This document shows, piece by piece, positions 19,311-28,879 of a DNA stretch of 64,000 bases. Every line of letters starts with the position of its first letter. The first letter of the stretch is position 1. The notes beneath the pieces were generated by a model. The model did not search any database. It saw only the letters and a program-made list of their open reading frames with translations, and had not been told where the DNA came from. The DNA is taken from the NCBI GenBank assembly GCA_964641255.1, contig CAZXMM010000001.1:79757-143756 (forward strand), in the 5' to 3' direction. The DNA is from an uncultured Gammaproteobacteria bacterium (GTDB taxonomy: Bacteria > Patescibacteriota > Microgenomatia > JAMCZE01). The position numbers and the translations under genes were made by a program.

Positions 19311-20093
19311 TTATCTTTTAACTAAGCCCCGCAATTGTACCATGGTACTAGCTAATGACCCAAGTCCCGTTAAGCGGTACTGCTGAACTATAGCTATCAA
19401 ACTACTAACAGACCAATAAAGCGCTAGCCCAGCGGGGAAATTGGGCTGAGTACCAAGGAATAGAAAGAACAGGGGAAACATCCAGGCCATTGACCCCTGG
19501 GCCTCAGCAAATTCTTCCATAAAGCCCGGCTCCTTTTTTACTTCGCCCTTGGCTGGGGCTTTGGAAGGGACTGGAACGGTCGCTTTGGCAGGCATCATCA
19601 TCTTGGTTTGGACAAACTGGGTTAAAGCCGCCACAATAACTAGAATTCCCGGAAGATTAAAAGGAATGTTCGGCAAGCGAAACACGTCGGGCTTACCCAT
19701 ATCCCAGATAATGAACTGGCGGTTATAGTTGCCCCGAAGAATTGTGCCCATAGCCGAATAAAGACCAATGATTACAACTAGCTGAACCAGGGCGGGGACA
19801 CAGCCGCCGGCGGGGTTGACCCCGTGCTCTTTAAACAGTTCCATCTGCGCCGCGGCAAAAGCCTGTTGATTGCCTTTATGCTTTTCCTTAAGGGCACTCA
19901 GGTGGGGCTGGATCTCGGCCATTTTTTTCGTGTGGTGGGCCTGTTGCTTAATAAAGGGGTAGAAAATCAGGCGAGTAAGAATGGCTATTTCGACAATCGC
20001 TAAACCCAAATTGCTAAGACCAATGGTGTTGTAAACAAGCAAAATGATTTGGAAAAAGGTGTTACCAAAAAGGCTAAGAAATTCAAGATTCAT
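19311..20093 (-). CDS. yidC: Membrane protein insertase YidC (short form)
   Basis: GLAIV..ILTRL, IQPHL, MELFKEHGVNPAGGCVP, PAGLALYW; synteny. Confidence 0.93.
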   Translation of the reverse strand: MNLEFLSLFGNTFFQIILLVYNTIGLSNLGLAIVEIAILTRLIFYPFIKQQAHHTKKMAEIQPHLSALKEKHKGNQQAFAAAQMELFKEHGVNPAGGCVPALVQLVVIIGLYSAMGTILRGNYNRQFIIWDMGKPDVFRLPNIPFNLPGILVIVAALTQFVQTKMMMPAKATVPVPSKAPAKGEVKKEPGFMEEFAEAQGSMAWMFPLFFLFLGTQPNFPAGLALYWSVSSLIAIVQQYRLTGLGSLASTMVQLRGLVKR

Positions 20094-20097
20094 AGGT

Positions 20098-20334
20098 CTA
20101 TTTTAACTCATCCACTCCGCCACCATTCCAAGGGTTACAGCGGATAATGCGTCTGACTCCTAAATAAAGTCCAGTGATTGTACCATAGCGCTCTACTGCT
20201 TGATACGTATACTCACTGCAGCGCGGAGTGAAACGGCAAGTCTGTCTGGCTAAAAACAGCCATTTTAAAAGTCCGGTGTCAAAAGACAGGAACTTTTGGT
20301 AAAAGCGAATAGAAAGAAGCACTAGCTGTTTCAT
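20098..20334 (-). CDS. yidD: Membrane protein insertion efficiency factor YidD
   Basis: CRFTPRCSEY, RIIRCNPW..GGVD. Confidence 0.95.
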   Translation of the reverse strand: MKQLVLLSIRFYQKFLSFDTGLLKWLFLARQTCRFTPRCSEYTYQAVERYGTITGLYLGVRRIIRCNPWNGGGVDELK

Positions 20335-20339
20335 GACTG

Positions 20340-20687
20340 TTAGAAAAGATTAGCCTTCTTTAAGACCAGTTCAATTTCAGCTTTTAGTTCGGATACCTGT
20401 CTCGTAGTGGCGACCGTCTTTGCAAAGAAGATGAGATCAAGATTGCTGGGCAGAGAGGAAAGCAGGGGAGCCAAAGCGTGGACTAGCTTTCGTTTTACCC
20501 TGTGACGTACCACTGATCGAGAGTCTATCTTTTTAGTAACAATGAAGGCGGCTTGGGCAGCGTCACCCACTCTTGTAGGATTAACTCTGAAAGTCAGTCC
20601 AAAAGAGACAGAGTCAATCCTCTGGCCATTTTTTTGCACCTGAAGAAATTCTTGGCGAAGAGGGAGGCGGTTCTTTCTTGGGAGCAT
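20340..20687 (-). CDS. rnpA: Ribonuclease P protein component
   Basis: MLPRKNRL, FIVTKKI..RSVVRHRVKR (RNR-type motif); synteny. Confidence 0.92.
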   Translation of the reverse strand: MLPRKNRLPLRQEFLQVQKNGQRIDSVSFGLTFRVNPTRVGDAAQAAFIVTKKIDSRSVVRHRVKRKLVHALAPLLSSLPSNLDLIFFAKTVATTRQVSELKAEIELVLKKANLF

Positions 20688-20694
20688 GGTACAA

Positions 20695-20850
20695 CTATTT
20701 TTTACCGGCCCGTTTGACAGTGAGCGTCTTGCGACCTCTCAGAATCCGGCGCTTTAGGACCTTTTTGCCACCGGCTGTCGCCGTGCGCGCCCGATACCCG
20801 TGCTTGCGCATTCGTTTAAGTTTCTTTGGCTGATAAACTCTCTTTGGCAT
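20695..20850 (-). CDS. rpmH: 50S ribosomal protein L34 (below the ORF-track length cutoff)
   Basis: Manual translation [51 protein letters not shown], 51 aa. Confidence 0.97.
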   Translation of the reverse strand: MPKRVYQPKKLKRMRKHGYRARTATAGGKKVLKRRILRGRKTLTVKRAGKK

Positions 20851-20907
20851 AGTTGGACTATTATCTCAGTAAGAGGTCACTTTTCCAAGTCGGTAAATGT
20901 AGTCCTA

Positions 20908-23070
20908 TCACTTTAGGCTCTCCAGCTCTGTAGCTAAGGCCTGAAAGAGGTTTTTATAAAAACGTAGTGCTCGATAATCACTGCTGCTACGAATCAATCC
21001 GCCAAAAAGCCGAGAAATACTCTCGGGCATATTACGATTATCTGTTCGCGCTAGCCCAGACTCACACACCTCAACAAATTCCGGTAGAATACTTGCTACC
21101 CAACTTTGGTTTCCGTCTAAAAAACCCCTTAGCCCGGGGCTAAGGGTAGACATTAGACGGTCTCGTGCTTCTTTTACTGGGTACAGTTGTTCTAGTCGTT
21201 TTGCCACGTTTTGGGGTATTTCTATAGCCAAATTGGGCTGGGCTAGAATTCGATTTCGCGTCACCGCGAGGGGGATTCTGGGATAAATCATGTTATCTAG
21301 TTGGTCATTAATGTCCCTCTTTCGCTTGGTCCCCCATAATACCGCTAGTTTTCGATGCAGCTCACTCAAGATCTCTTTTTGTTGGACTCCCCCCAGAGTG
21401 CCGAGTGCAATCTTAGCTAATGCTAATTGAAACTCCCCATTGCTTAGGTCCTCTCCACCCCAAGCCACTGCACCATCAGTAAAAAAATTACTTATCTGTT
21501 TTTTTGATTTTGGAGTTAATAACCCCCAGACCCTCAAAGCCTCGGCTTCCCAATTAGTGGTAGCCAGTAGTCGCTCGGTAAAAGGGTGGTCTGCATCGGT
21601 TATAACTAGTGAGGTACGAAGGGTACTTTTGTTAAAGGCGGATACCCCAATATTTCCCGAACTGGGTAATTCCTCAAGCGTCACTAGTCCATGGTCTGGC
21701 CCCACCGCGTCAGCAAGTCTAGTTGAACCGGCACCTAAAGTCACAAAATCTGCAATGGTTTGCTGGGTTTCCTGAGAAATTTCACCAACACGAACTTCCA
21801 GCTGGGCCACCTGATTAGGATCCTCGCCCAACTGCTTATCGGTAAGAACCACTAGGTCGGTCCTAGCTTCGTCAGGCTTGATTAATACAATTTCATCCCT
21901 CTGCATTACTTCTTTAACCTTTTTCTCACCTTCCTGAATCAAAATTTGGGTTATTGTTGTAGCCCGAAGTCTATTTCTGGCATTAAATCTGGCTACCAGT
22001 TCCGACTCTTGATCTGCCCTGTCTTGACCGCCTAGGTTAAAATCATTCTCTCCGGTTCGCAATCGCTCGGAAATTTGAGAGTCTAACGCTCGCAGCAACT
22101 CTTGAAAGTCCTCCTCGACGCCACCAACGTGTTCGGGTATAAAATTTCTCGCTAACCACATCGGGTCGGCCCCAAGCTCCCAAAGCATTGCCAACCGATC
22201 GGTTATTTGCTGGGCCGCAAACTGGGGATCAATTTTTCCGCCCAAACAATCAATCACATCAGAATGATTGGCTAGTGAGTGAGCAATTGTTTGATTGATT
22301 TCTCTGGATATGTAGCTCGTACCGGCATAGGCAAGCGCTTCAATATAGAGCGTGGCTGCATTGTTTTCATGAAGTTTCTTCAGCGGTGCCTCTTTAGCTG
22401 CTAAAGATCTTTGGTAAAAATAATTAATTGCAGCTCCAGCCAAAGACCACCCTCCCAGAGTCACAAGCGCATAGGCTAGTCTCAGTACAGGATTGGCATT
22501 TTGTCGCATCCACCATTTAGCAGCGTTTTCAAGCACCAGTGTAGCCTCTGCAGTATCTGCTGCCTGACCAAGATGGACTTGTTCGTGAAACAATGTGTCA
22601 ATATCTTCCCCGGGGACTAATCTTCGAAACCAATCTTTTAGTCCTAAATTGTCCAGCTGCGTTGAAACTAAAATAACATTGTTCCACCAATCAGCTAAAC
22701 CAAGCGCAGAAGCCCCGTCGCTTTTTCTTTGAATTAAGCCTTTCTTTGTTTCAACCCTTGGTCCGTCACCGCCGAGATTAGCCGCCTTAATTGATAAGGC
22801 AAATGGATCAAAGCCCAACCAGTTAACTTCCAAATCCGTCTTTTGCCCAACAGCCTGCACCACCTGGTCGTGTAGCCCTATCCAATCATCAGAACCGAGC
22901 CGGTCAATAACTGCATAATAGGGAGAGAAGTGGATGAGTTTGTCATTAGTTTCTGCCTCCAATCTAGAGGCGACCTCACTTAACCGATCCGCGTTTATAG
23001 AATGGGAGGTCAACTCCTCACCTTCCGCGTCTGCACCCACTTCATAATCACCAATTTTTTCATCAGCCAT
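20908..23070 (-). CDS. Large hypothetical protein (720 aa) with HExxH motif and a central hydrophobic segment
   Basis: Uninterrupted ORF; TLFHEQVHLGQ with downstream IEALAY; TATAAT 7 nt before ATG. Confidence 0.7.
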   Translation of the reverse strand: MADEKIGDYEVGADAEGEELTSHSINADRLSEVASRLEAETNDKLIHFSPYYAVIDRLGSDDWIGLHDQVVQAVGQKTDLEVNWLGFDPFALSIKAANLGGDGPRVETKKGLIQRKSDGASALGLADWWNNVILVSTQLDNLGLKDWFRRLVPGEDIDTLFHEQVHLGQAADTAEATLVLENAAKWWMRQNANPVLRLAYALVTLGGWSLAGAAINYFYQRSLAAKEAPLKKLHENNAATLYIEALAYAGTSYISREINQTIAHSLANHSDVIDCLGGKIDPQFAAQQITDRLAMLWELGADPMWLARNFIPEHVGGVEEDFQELLRALDSQISERLRTGENDFNLGGQDRADQESELVARFNARNRLRATTITQILIQEGEKKVKEVMQRDEIVLIKPDEARTDLVVLTDKQLGEDPNQVAQLEVRVGEISQETQQTIADFVTLGAGSTRLADAVGPDHGLVTLEELPSSGNIGVSAFNKSTLRTSLVITDADHPFTERLLATTNWEAEALRVWGLLTPKSKKQISNFFTDGAVAWGGEDLSNGEFQLALAKIALGTLGGVQQKEILSELHRKLAVLWGTKRKRDINDQLDNMIYPRIPLAVTRNRILAQPNLAIEIPQNVAKRLEQLYPVKEARDRLMSTLSPGLRGFLDGNQSWVASILPEFVEVCESGLARTDNRNMPESISRLFGGLIRSSSDYRALRFYKNLFQALATELESLK

Positions 23071-23165
23071 TGTGACAATTATATAGCCTAGCTAATAAAC
23101 AAAATAATACGGACTCAAAAAAAGCTAAAATTTTCGCTGACCCGCTCATTACCTCCTTGCTTTTT

Positions 23166-23174
23166 TGTGGATAA
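23166..23174 (-). promoter_or_regulatory. Perfect DnaA box upstream of dnaA (likely autoregulation)
   Basis: TGTGGATAA (reverse complement TTATCCACA) 20 nt before the dnaA ATG, next to a TAAGAT -10-like hexamer. Confidence 0.8.
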
Positions 23175-23194
23175 CTTTTTAAGATGCCGGTACT

Positions 23195-24604
23195 ATGGCT
23201 ACTAATGACGAGCTTAGCAAAATCTGGCATATTGTTCTTGGGGAACTAGAAGTAGAGCTGGGTAAAAGCAACTTCTCCCTCTATCTTAAAAACTCTGCTC
23301 TCCTAGCTCTTTCTGATGGGATAGCTACAATTGGTTTTCCCAGTAAGATTACGGGTGACCAGGCCAGCTCCAGATATTACGCCTTAATCCAAAATACTTT
23401 ACAAAAAATTAGCAAGGTGTCTCCTCTTAGTCTGATCTTCGAGGTTGATAGCAGCCTAGGGACCAAAAACCAGCACCCAGACAACAGTGACAGTTTTGGT
23501 CCCATTTTTAGTCTGCCCAAGGACGACTCCACCGCCTATACCGAGGCGGTTAAACGCTCTAGGTTGCGCCAAGATTTCAGCTTTGACGAATTTTGTGTCA
23601 GCACCAGTAACCAGCTCGCTTTTGCGGCCGCCCAGTCGGTGGGGAAAAATCCCGGCAAAAACTATAACCCGCTTTTCCTTTGGGGAGGTGTTGGGGTGGG
23701 AAAGACCCACTTAATGCAGGCAATTGGCCATGAGATTTTGCGCAAGAACCCCCGAGCTAGAGTCGTGTACGCTCCTGGTGAACAATTCACTAACGAAATA
23801 ATTGAGGGGATTAGGACCAAAAACACTCGGGAGTTTAAGGAAAAGTACCGAAGCGCTGACGCTCTACTGATTGATGATATCCAGTTTCTCTCGGGAAAAG
23901 ATACCGCGCAGGAAGAATTTTTCCATACTTTTAACGCCCTGCAGCAAAATGAAAAACAGGTGGTCCTTACTTCGGACCGCAAACCGGTAGATATCAAATT
24001 TATCGAAGATCGTCTCAGAAGTCGTTTTGAGGGTGGTCTAGTAGCGGACATATCCACACCAGACTCAGAACTCAAAACCGCTATCTGTATATCAAAAGCC
24101 CATAAACGAGGAATAGAGCTATCCAGTACCTTGGCTGCAGCCATTACTAATAATGTAGATAATATTCGAAGCCTGGAGGGTACCCTCCAACGGGTAGTCA
24201 CTGAGTCAGAAATCAGAAACACCCCCATTACCGAAGACCTTATTGTTCGGGTCCTGGGTCTTCCAGAAAATTTGAGTCAGGGTAATGGTGGAGTGGGAAA
24301 CCGACTGGACAGTCGACTAGTTTTAGATACGGTCTGTGCCTTTTATAATCTCCCAATCAAATTAATTAAGGGCGAAAAACGGGATAAACCCATTGCTCAG
24401 CCACGCCAAATCATTATGTACCTGCTCAAAAAAAACACTGGAATGACTCTTGAGGAAATAGCTGATTTTTTGGGAGGCCGTGACCACACCACCATCATGC
24501 ACGGAGTTAAAAGGGTAGAGGGACTACTACAAAACAACGACCGAATTCGAGGCGAGATCAGCCAACTAGAAAACCGTCTTCATTTGTTACACCAAACCTC
24601 CTGA
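23195..24604 (+). CDS. dnaA: Chromosomal replication initiator DnaA
   Basis: YNPLFLWGGVGVGKTHL, LLIDDIQF, QEEFFHTFN, RLRSRFEGGL, GGRDHTTIMHG. Confidence 0.98.
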   Translation: MATNDELSKIWHIVLGELEVELGKSNFSLYLKNSALLALSDGIATIGFPSKITGDQASSRYYALIQNTLQKISKVSPLSLIFEVDSSLGTKNQHPDNSDSFGPIFSLPKDDSTAYTEAVKRSRLRQDFSFDEFCVSTSNQLAFAAAQSVGKNPGKNYNPLFLWGGVGVGKTHLMQAIGHEILRKNPRARVVYAPGEQFTNEIIEGIRTKNTREFKEKYRSADALLIDDIQFLSGKDTAQEEFFHTFNALQQNEKQVVLTSDRKPVDIKFIEDRLRSRFEGGLVADISTPDSELKTAICISKAHKRGIELSSTLAAAITNNVDNIRSLEGTLQRVVTESEIRNTPITEDLIVRVLGLPENLSQGNGGVGNRLDSRLVLDTVCAFYNLPIKLIKGEKRDKPIAQPRQIIMYLLKKNTGMTLEEIADFLGGRDHTTIMHGVKRVEGLLQNNDRIRGEISQLENRLHLLHQTS

Positions 24605-24913
24605 TATCCTTTTGACCTTTCCTGGGGATTACCTGTGCATAAATTATTCATCGTTGGGGATATGTGAACAATTTTTGGTGACTATCAACATATCCCCATT
24701 TTAGGTCAATTTATCCCCAAAATTATCCACAATAGTCTCTCCAAGTTATCCACAACGAAAACTACCCATATGTTAGGGCCGTCAACAAGCCGCAATTCAA
24801 ATCTCTACACAAATCCCCACTGCCTACTACTATTACTACTAATAAGAAACTACTAAACCTTCGGTTGCAAATAACCTTGTAAGACAATAAGATGTGACTA
24901 CTTTGTAATCGTT
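24605..24913. other. Replication origin oriC (dnaA-dnaN intergenic)
   Basis: Perfect boxes TTATCCACA at 24723 and 24746. Near-consensus boxes at 24634 (TGTGCATAA), 24663 (TGTGAACAA), 24682 and 24711 (TTATCCCCA). DnaA-trio run at 24825-24846. Confidence 0.9.
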
Positions 24914-26059
24914 ATGGAAATTGAAATACTCCAGGAAAATTTAGCCACTGCCCTTAGTAAAGTTTGTCGCTTGATCACCTCTCGGCCGCCGATTCCTATT
25001 CTTACCCACGTATTCCTCGAAGCTAAAAGCGGCCAATTAACCCTTATTGCTTCGAACACAGAGACTACGGTTACTGCCCAAATTGGGGCCAAAGTAGTTA
25101 GTGAGGGGGCGTTTACCTTGCCAGCCAAGATTTTGTTCGAGTTGGTATCTTCCCTGCCTGCAGACAAGCTGCTTTTAAAAGTGGCAGAGGCTCAACTCGA
25201 GATTAAGGCCAAAAGTTTTCGGGGCAAGCTAAGTGGGACTAGTGGGGAAGAGTTTCCTAAACTTATTCCTCTGGACGATCAAAAAAAAGGAACCATGCAG
25301 CTTAGACGAGAGGATTTTGAAGGCATGATTTCTCATACCGTCTTTGCTGCTGCTACTGATGAGAGTAGGGCAGTCCTAACTGGTGTCCTGGTGCGGCTTT
25401 CTAAAGACACGGTTACTCTTGCCGCAACAGACGGGTTTCGTCTGTCACAGGTTACACTTAGTGATGTAAAAACTGTGGGTTTAGAAAACGAAACATTTAT
25501 TATCCCCGCCCATTCTTTATCAGAAATGCTGCGTTTTCTTGCTGATGGAACAGAAAAAGAGACGGCCCAGATCTCCCTGGATATTTATGGTGACAGTCAG
25601 GTTGCACTGTCTTTTGGTGACTCAAAAATTTATTCACGCCTGATTGCGGGTAAGTTTCCTAATTTTGAGTCAATTATCCCGACTTCCTTTGAGGGGAAAT
25701 TTACCCTAGAGAGCGAGGCGTTTAGTAAGACCCTTCGGCTTGCGGCAATTTTTGCCCGAGAAAGTGCCAATATTGTCAAACTGACCCTAACTCCAAAAAC
25801 TTCGGTGGTGTCGTTGTCAGCTAACGCCGCCCAAGTAGGGGAAAATGAAACCACGACAGAAATTGTGTGGGACAAGACTCCGTCTGAAGCTCTCACCATT
25901 GCCTTTAACTACCGCTATCTTTTGGATTTTGTCGGTAACATGGGCAAGGATAAAGAGCTGACATTTGAACATACCGGGCCACTAGCTCCGGGAGTGTTTA
26001 GGGTCAAAGGCAACGCTAATTATTTCCACGTAGTAATGCCGGTTCGGGTGCAAGGCTAG
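24914..26059 (+). CDS. dnaN: DNA polymerase III beta clamp
   Basis: PIPILTHV, DESRAVLTG, ATDGFRL, SRLIAGKFPNF, IAFNYRYL, VMPVR. Confidence 0.97.
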   Translation: MEIEILQENLATALSKVCRLITSRPPIPILTHVFLEAKSGQLTLIASNTETTVTAQIGAKVVSEGAFTLPAKILFELVSSLPADKLLLKVAEAQLEIKAKSFRGKLSGTSGEEFPKLIPLDDQKKGTMQLRREDFEGMISHTVFAAATDESRAVLTGVLVRLSKDTVTLAATDGFRLSQVTLSDVKTVGLENETFIIPAHSLSEMLRFLADGTEKETAQISLDIYGDSQVALSFGDSKIYSRLIAGKFPNFESIIPTSFEGKFTLESEAFSKTLRLAAIFARESANIVKLTLTPKTSVVSLSANAAQVGENETTTEIVWDKTPSEALTIAFNYRYLLDFVGNMGKDKELTFEHTGPLAPGVFRVKGNANYFHVVMPVRVQG

Positions 26060-26070
26060 AATGGCTGACT

Positions 26071-26856
26071 ATGGATGTCTTAACCTCGACCAATAACCCC
26101 CTCGTTAAACGCATTAAAAAGCTGTTACTTGATCGGGTATATCGCTATGAAGAGGGAGCCTTTTGGTGTGATGGGGTGAATTTCGTTAGTCAGGCAATTG
26201 ATAATGGTTGGGAAATAGACACTCTTGTGTTTGTTCCCCAAAAAATAGACAGCGACTTTAAAAGAGCGGTTTGGACTAAGGCGTTGGGTGTCAAAAAAGT
26301 AGCTGTTTCTGAATCTGTCTACCAGGCACTCTCGAGTAAAAAAGACATTCAAGGTGTGGGGGCGATTATTAAGATGAAAACGGGCGACACTCTTGAGCGG
26401 GGATTAGGAGTAGTTCTTGAACATCTCCAAACACCCGGTAATCTCGGTACCATTATGCGAACTTGTTTGGCGTTTGATATTAAATGCCTCTATCTTATTG
26501 CTCCAAGTGTAGATCCCTTTAATCCCGATACGGTAAGGGCATCAATGGGGGCGCTGTTTGGATTAAAAATTGTAGTGATTGCTGACTTTGCAGGTTTTGC
26601 CAGTCAAATTAAGAAGAACCTGCGTTACTGCATCGGTACCTCACTTCAGGAAGCAACGCTCCTGTCTAATTACTCAAGACAGCTAGAGGGAACGGAACTT
26701 ATTTGGTTTGGTAATGAGGCCAAGGGACTATCAATAGAAGCTAGGCGGTTATGCCAGGATAGTCTTAAAGTGCCGATTAGTCCCATAGTAGATTCTTTAA
26801 ACGTTGCCGAGTGTGCCGCCATCATTCTTTACACCCTGCTCCACGGGAGTAGATGA
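26071..26856 (+). CDS. TrmH/SpoU family RNA methyltransferase
   Basis: TSTNNPLVK, LQTPGNLGTIMRT, VRASMGA, FGNEAKGL, DSLNVA. Confidence 0.9.
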   Translation: MDVLTSTNNPLVKRIKKLLLDRVYRYEEGAFWCDGVNFVSQAIDNGWEIDTLVFVPQKIDSDFKRAVWTKALGVKKVAVSESVYQALSSKKDIQGVGAIIKMKTGDTLERGLGVVLEHLQTPGNLGTIMRTCLAFDIKCLYLIAPSVDPFNPDTVRASMGALFGLKIVVIADFAGFASQIKKNLRYCIGTSLQEATLLSNYSRQLEGTELIWFGNEAKGLSIEARRLCQDSLKVPISPIVDSLNVAECAAIILYTLLHGSR

Positions 26857-28872
26857 CGACGCCGCAGTAGGCGTAGTATCGACCTGTGCGGAGGGGGTGG
26901 GGCCATCTGGATTAATCATTGGTACTTCGGGATTATTGTCTACACTCGCTTCGGAAGCGGCCCGCTCTGCCGCTTCTCTTTTTTGAGCTAAGTCACGAGG
27001 ATTAGTACTGATAAGATTGTACTCTTCTGGCGAAGCAACAACTCGCATGGCAACGTGGGAGGATCCGGCAAAAAATAGTCCTTCGCCAACGTTTGAGGAG
27101 AGGAGAAGGCTTTTCTCTCCCTCGGATAGATAAAATACCTCTGAAACTTTATCAATCGCCGCGGGAGACTGTTTCATTAAAATTTGAATCGAGCTATTAG
27201 TCACCACAGTTTTACCAAGGTCTGTTGCCAAAAAGTCCTCGATATCTTGGGTAATCGTTGTCAGGCCAAGATAATATTTTCTGGCTCGCTTGGCAAAGTT
27301 CCATAAGAATTCAGCTGAGGCTTGGTTTTTCATCAGGTACCAGGCCTCATCCACGATTAGGATACGCCGATGTAAATCTTTCTTAACGGAGTTCCATACA
27401 AAGTCCATGATGATAAAGATAGCGAGACTTCTTAATTGGTCCTCGAGATTCTTAAACGAGAAGACTGTAAAGGGGTTATTAAGTTGTAGGTTGCTTCGTT
27501 GATTAAAAATTGTGCCAAAGCTTCCTTTGACGAATTTTTCGAGACGCAGAGCAATATTTTGGGCTTTTTCTGTTTCCATTCCCACCAAAACTTTATAGAA
27601 GTCTTCCAAAATTGGCGGTTCCTTGCTGTGGGTTTTTATATCATAGGTGATTCCCTTTTCGTGATAGGTAAGCTCTAGGGCGTTATGGATAATGGCGTCT
27701 TCCTCGGCCGTAGTGTCACCGACCATGATTTTAATAAGTCGCGTGAGAGTGAAGCCAATTTTATATTGCAAGTCATTTTCTTGGGGATCGTCGTTGGTAC
27801 CAGCCAAATCAAAGGGGTTGATATGGGTATTACTACTAAAGGAGAAAGAAATATAATCACCACCCACTGATCTGGCTAGAGTTTCGTACTCTTCTTCCGG
27901 ATCAATAATGATGACTCTCGTGTCAAACATTAAGGCTCGCAGGGCTTCGAGTTTCACTAAGAAACTTTTCCCTCCGCCGGATTTACCCAAAACTACTTCG
28001 TTAGCATTTTCCAGACTAAAACGGTCGAAGATGATGAGTGACTCATTATGTTCATTGATACCGTAGAGCACCCCCTCATTAGCTGTCAGCTCTGAGGAGG
28101 TAAAAGGAAAGGTAGTGGCAAGGGAAGTAGTGTCCATGTTCCGGGTGATCATGAGATTGTCCTGACAAAGGGGCTGGGTAGTTTTAAAGCCGTCCTCCAT
28201 TTGCAGAGTGGCCTTTTTGCCATTAAGAAGGAGTGATCCTAGAGTAGAGGCTACTTGCTTACTGATTTGGTCGAGGTCGGCTACTGAAGTAGCTGAAATA
28301 GTGAAGTAGAGACCAAACTGAAAGAACCGCTCCGCTCCTTTAGCTAATTGTTCCTGCAAAGCCAGGGCATCGTCTAGAGCTACTTGAACACCAGGATCAA
28401 TGACTCGTCCCCGTTTAATATCACTTTCGATGGTCGCTTCCATCTCGGCAATTTTTCGTTTTAGGTCGGACAAAATATCCCGAGATTCAACTGGATAGAT
28501 AAACATGCCAATATCAATCGAGGAGTCAAAATCAATAATGGGGTCTAACCAGTTGGCAGCAACAAAGCGGGGATAGCCAGCGATAAAAAGTGTTCTTAGA
28601 TAAGTATCACCTATTTTGATGTGGTCAAAGTCCACCTCGATCTTTTCTGGAGCGATTAAGTCTACAACCGACTCAAAAGCTTCACTTGGTTTCATAGTGG
28701 CAGGATCTGGTTTCGTAGTGACCAAAGACGCGTCACTCGTAGGAATCCCAGCGATGGGTTCCCACTCGGGTTCGGCTTTTGGGACATCGCTAACTTTTGC
28801 TCGCCCTGGTTTTGCTAAATCGGCAGCAATTTTAGCAACCGGTGCTTTCTTTTTTAAAAAGGGTAGATTCAT
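26797..28872 (-). CDS. virB4: VirB4/TraC-like type IV secretion ATPase
   Basis: Walker A GKSGGGKS, IIIDPEEEY, INPFD, Walker B LIVDEAW, KRARKY, TQDIEDF, GEGLFFAG. Confidence 0.9.
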   Translation of the reverse strand: MNLPFLKKKAPVAKIAADLAKPGRAKVSDVPKAEPEWEPIAGIPTSDASLVTTKPDPATMKPSEAFESVVDLIAPEKIEVDFDHIKIGDTYLRTLFIAGYPRFVAANWLDPIIDFDSSIDIGMFIYPVESRDILSDLKRKIAEMEATIESDIKRGRVIDPGVQVALDDALALQEQLAKGAERFFQFGLYFTISATSVADLDQISKQVASTLGSLLLNGKKATLQMEDGFKTTQPLCQDNLMITRNMDTTSLATTFPFTSSELTANEGVLYGINEHNESLIIFDRFSLENANEVVLGKSGGGKSFLVKLEALRALMFDTRVIIIDPEEEYETLARSVGGDYISFSFSSNTHINPFDLAGTNDDPQENDLQYKIGFTLTRLIKIMVGDTTAEEDAIIHNALELTYHEKGITYDIKTHSKEPPILEDFYKVLVGMETEKAQNIALRLEKFVKGSFGTIFNQRSNLQLNNPFTVFSFKNLEDQLRSLAIFIIMDFVWNSVKKDLHRRILIVDEAWYLMKNQASAEFLWNFAKRARKYYLGLTTITQDIEDFLATDLGKTVVTNSSIQILMKQSPAAIDKVSEVFYLSEGEKSLLLSSNVGEGLFFAGSSHVAMRVVASPEEYNLISTNPRDLAQKREAAERAASEASVDNNPEVPMINPDGPTPSAQVDTTPTAASSSTPVEQGVKNDGGTLGNV

Positions 28873-28879
28873 ATTATTG

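Noticed and set aside
23662-24228. 188-aa ORF antisense to dnaA, and similar antisense ORFs throughout the track
   Set aside because: Shadows of well-supported genes, with no motifs or start signals.
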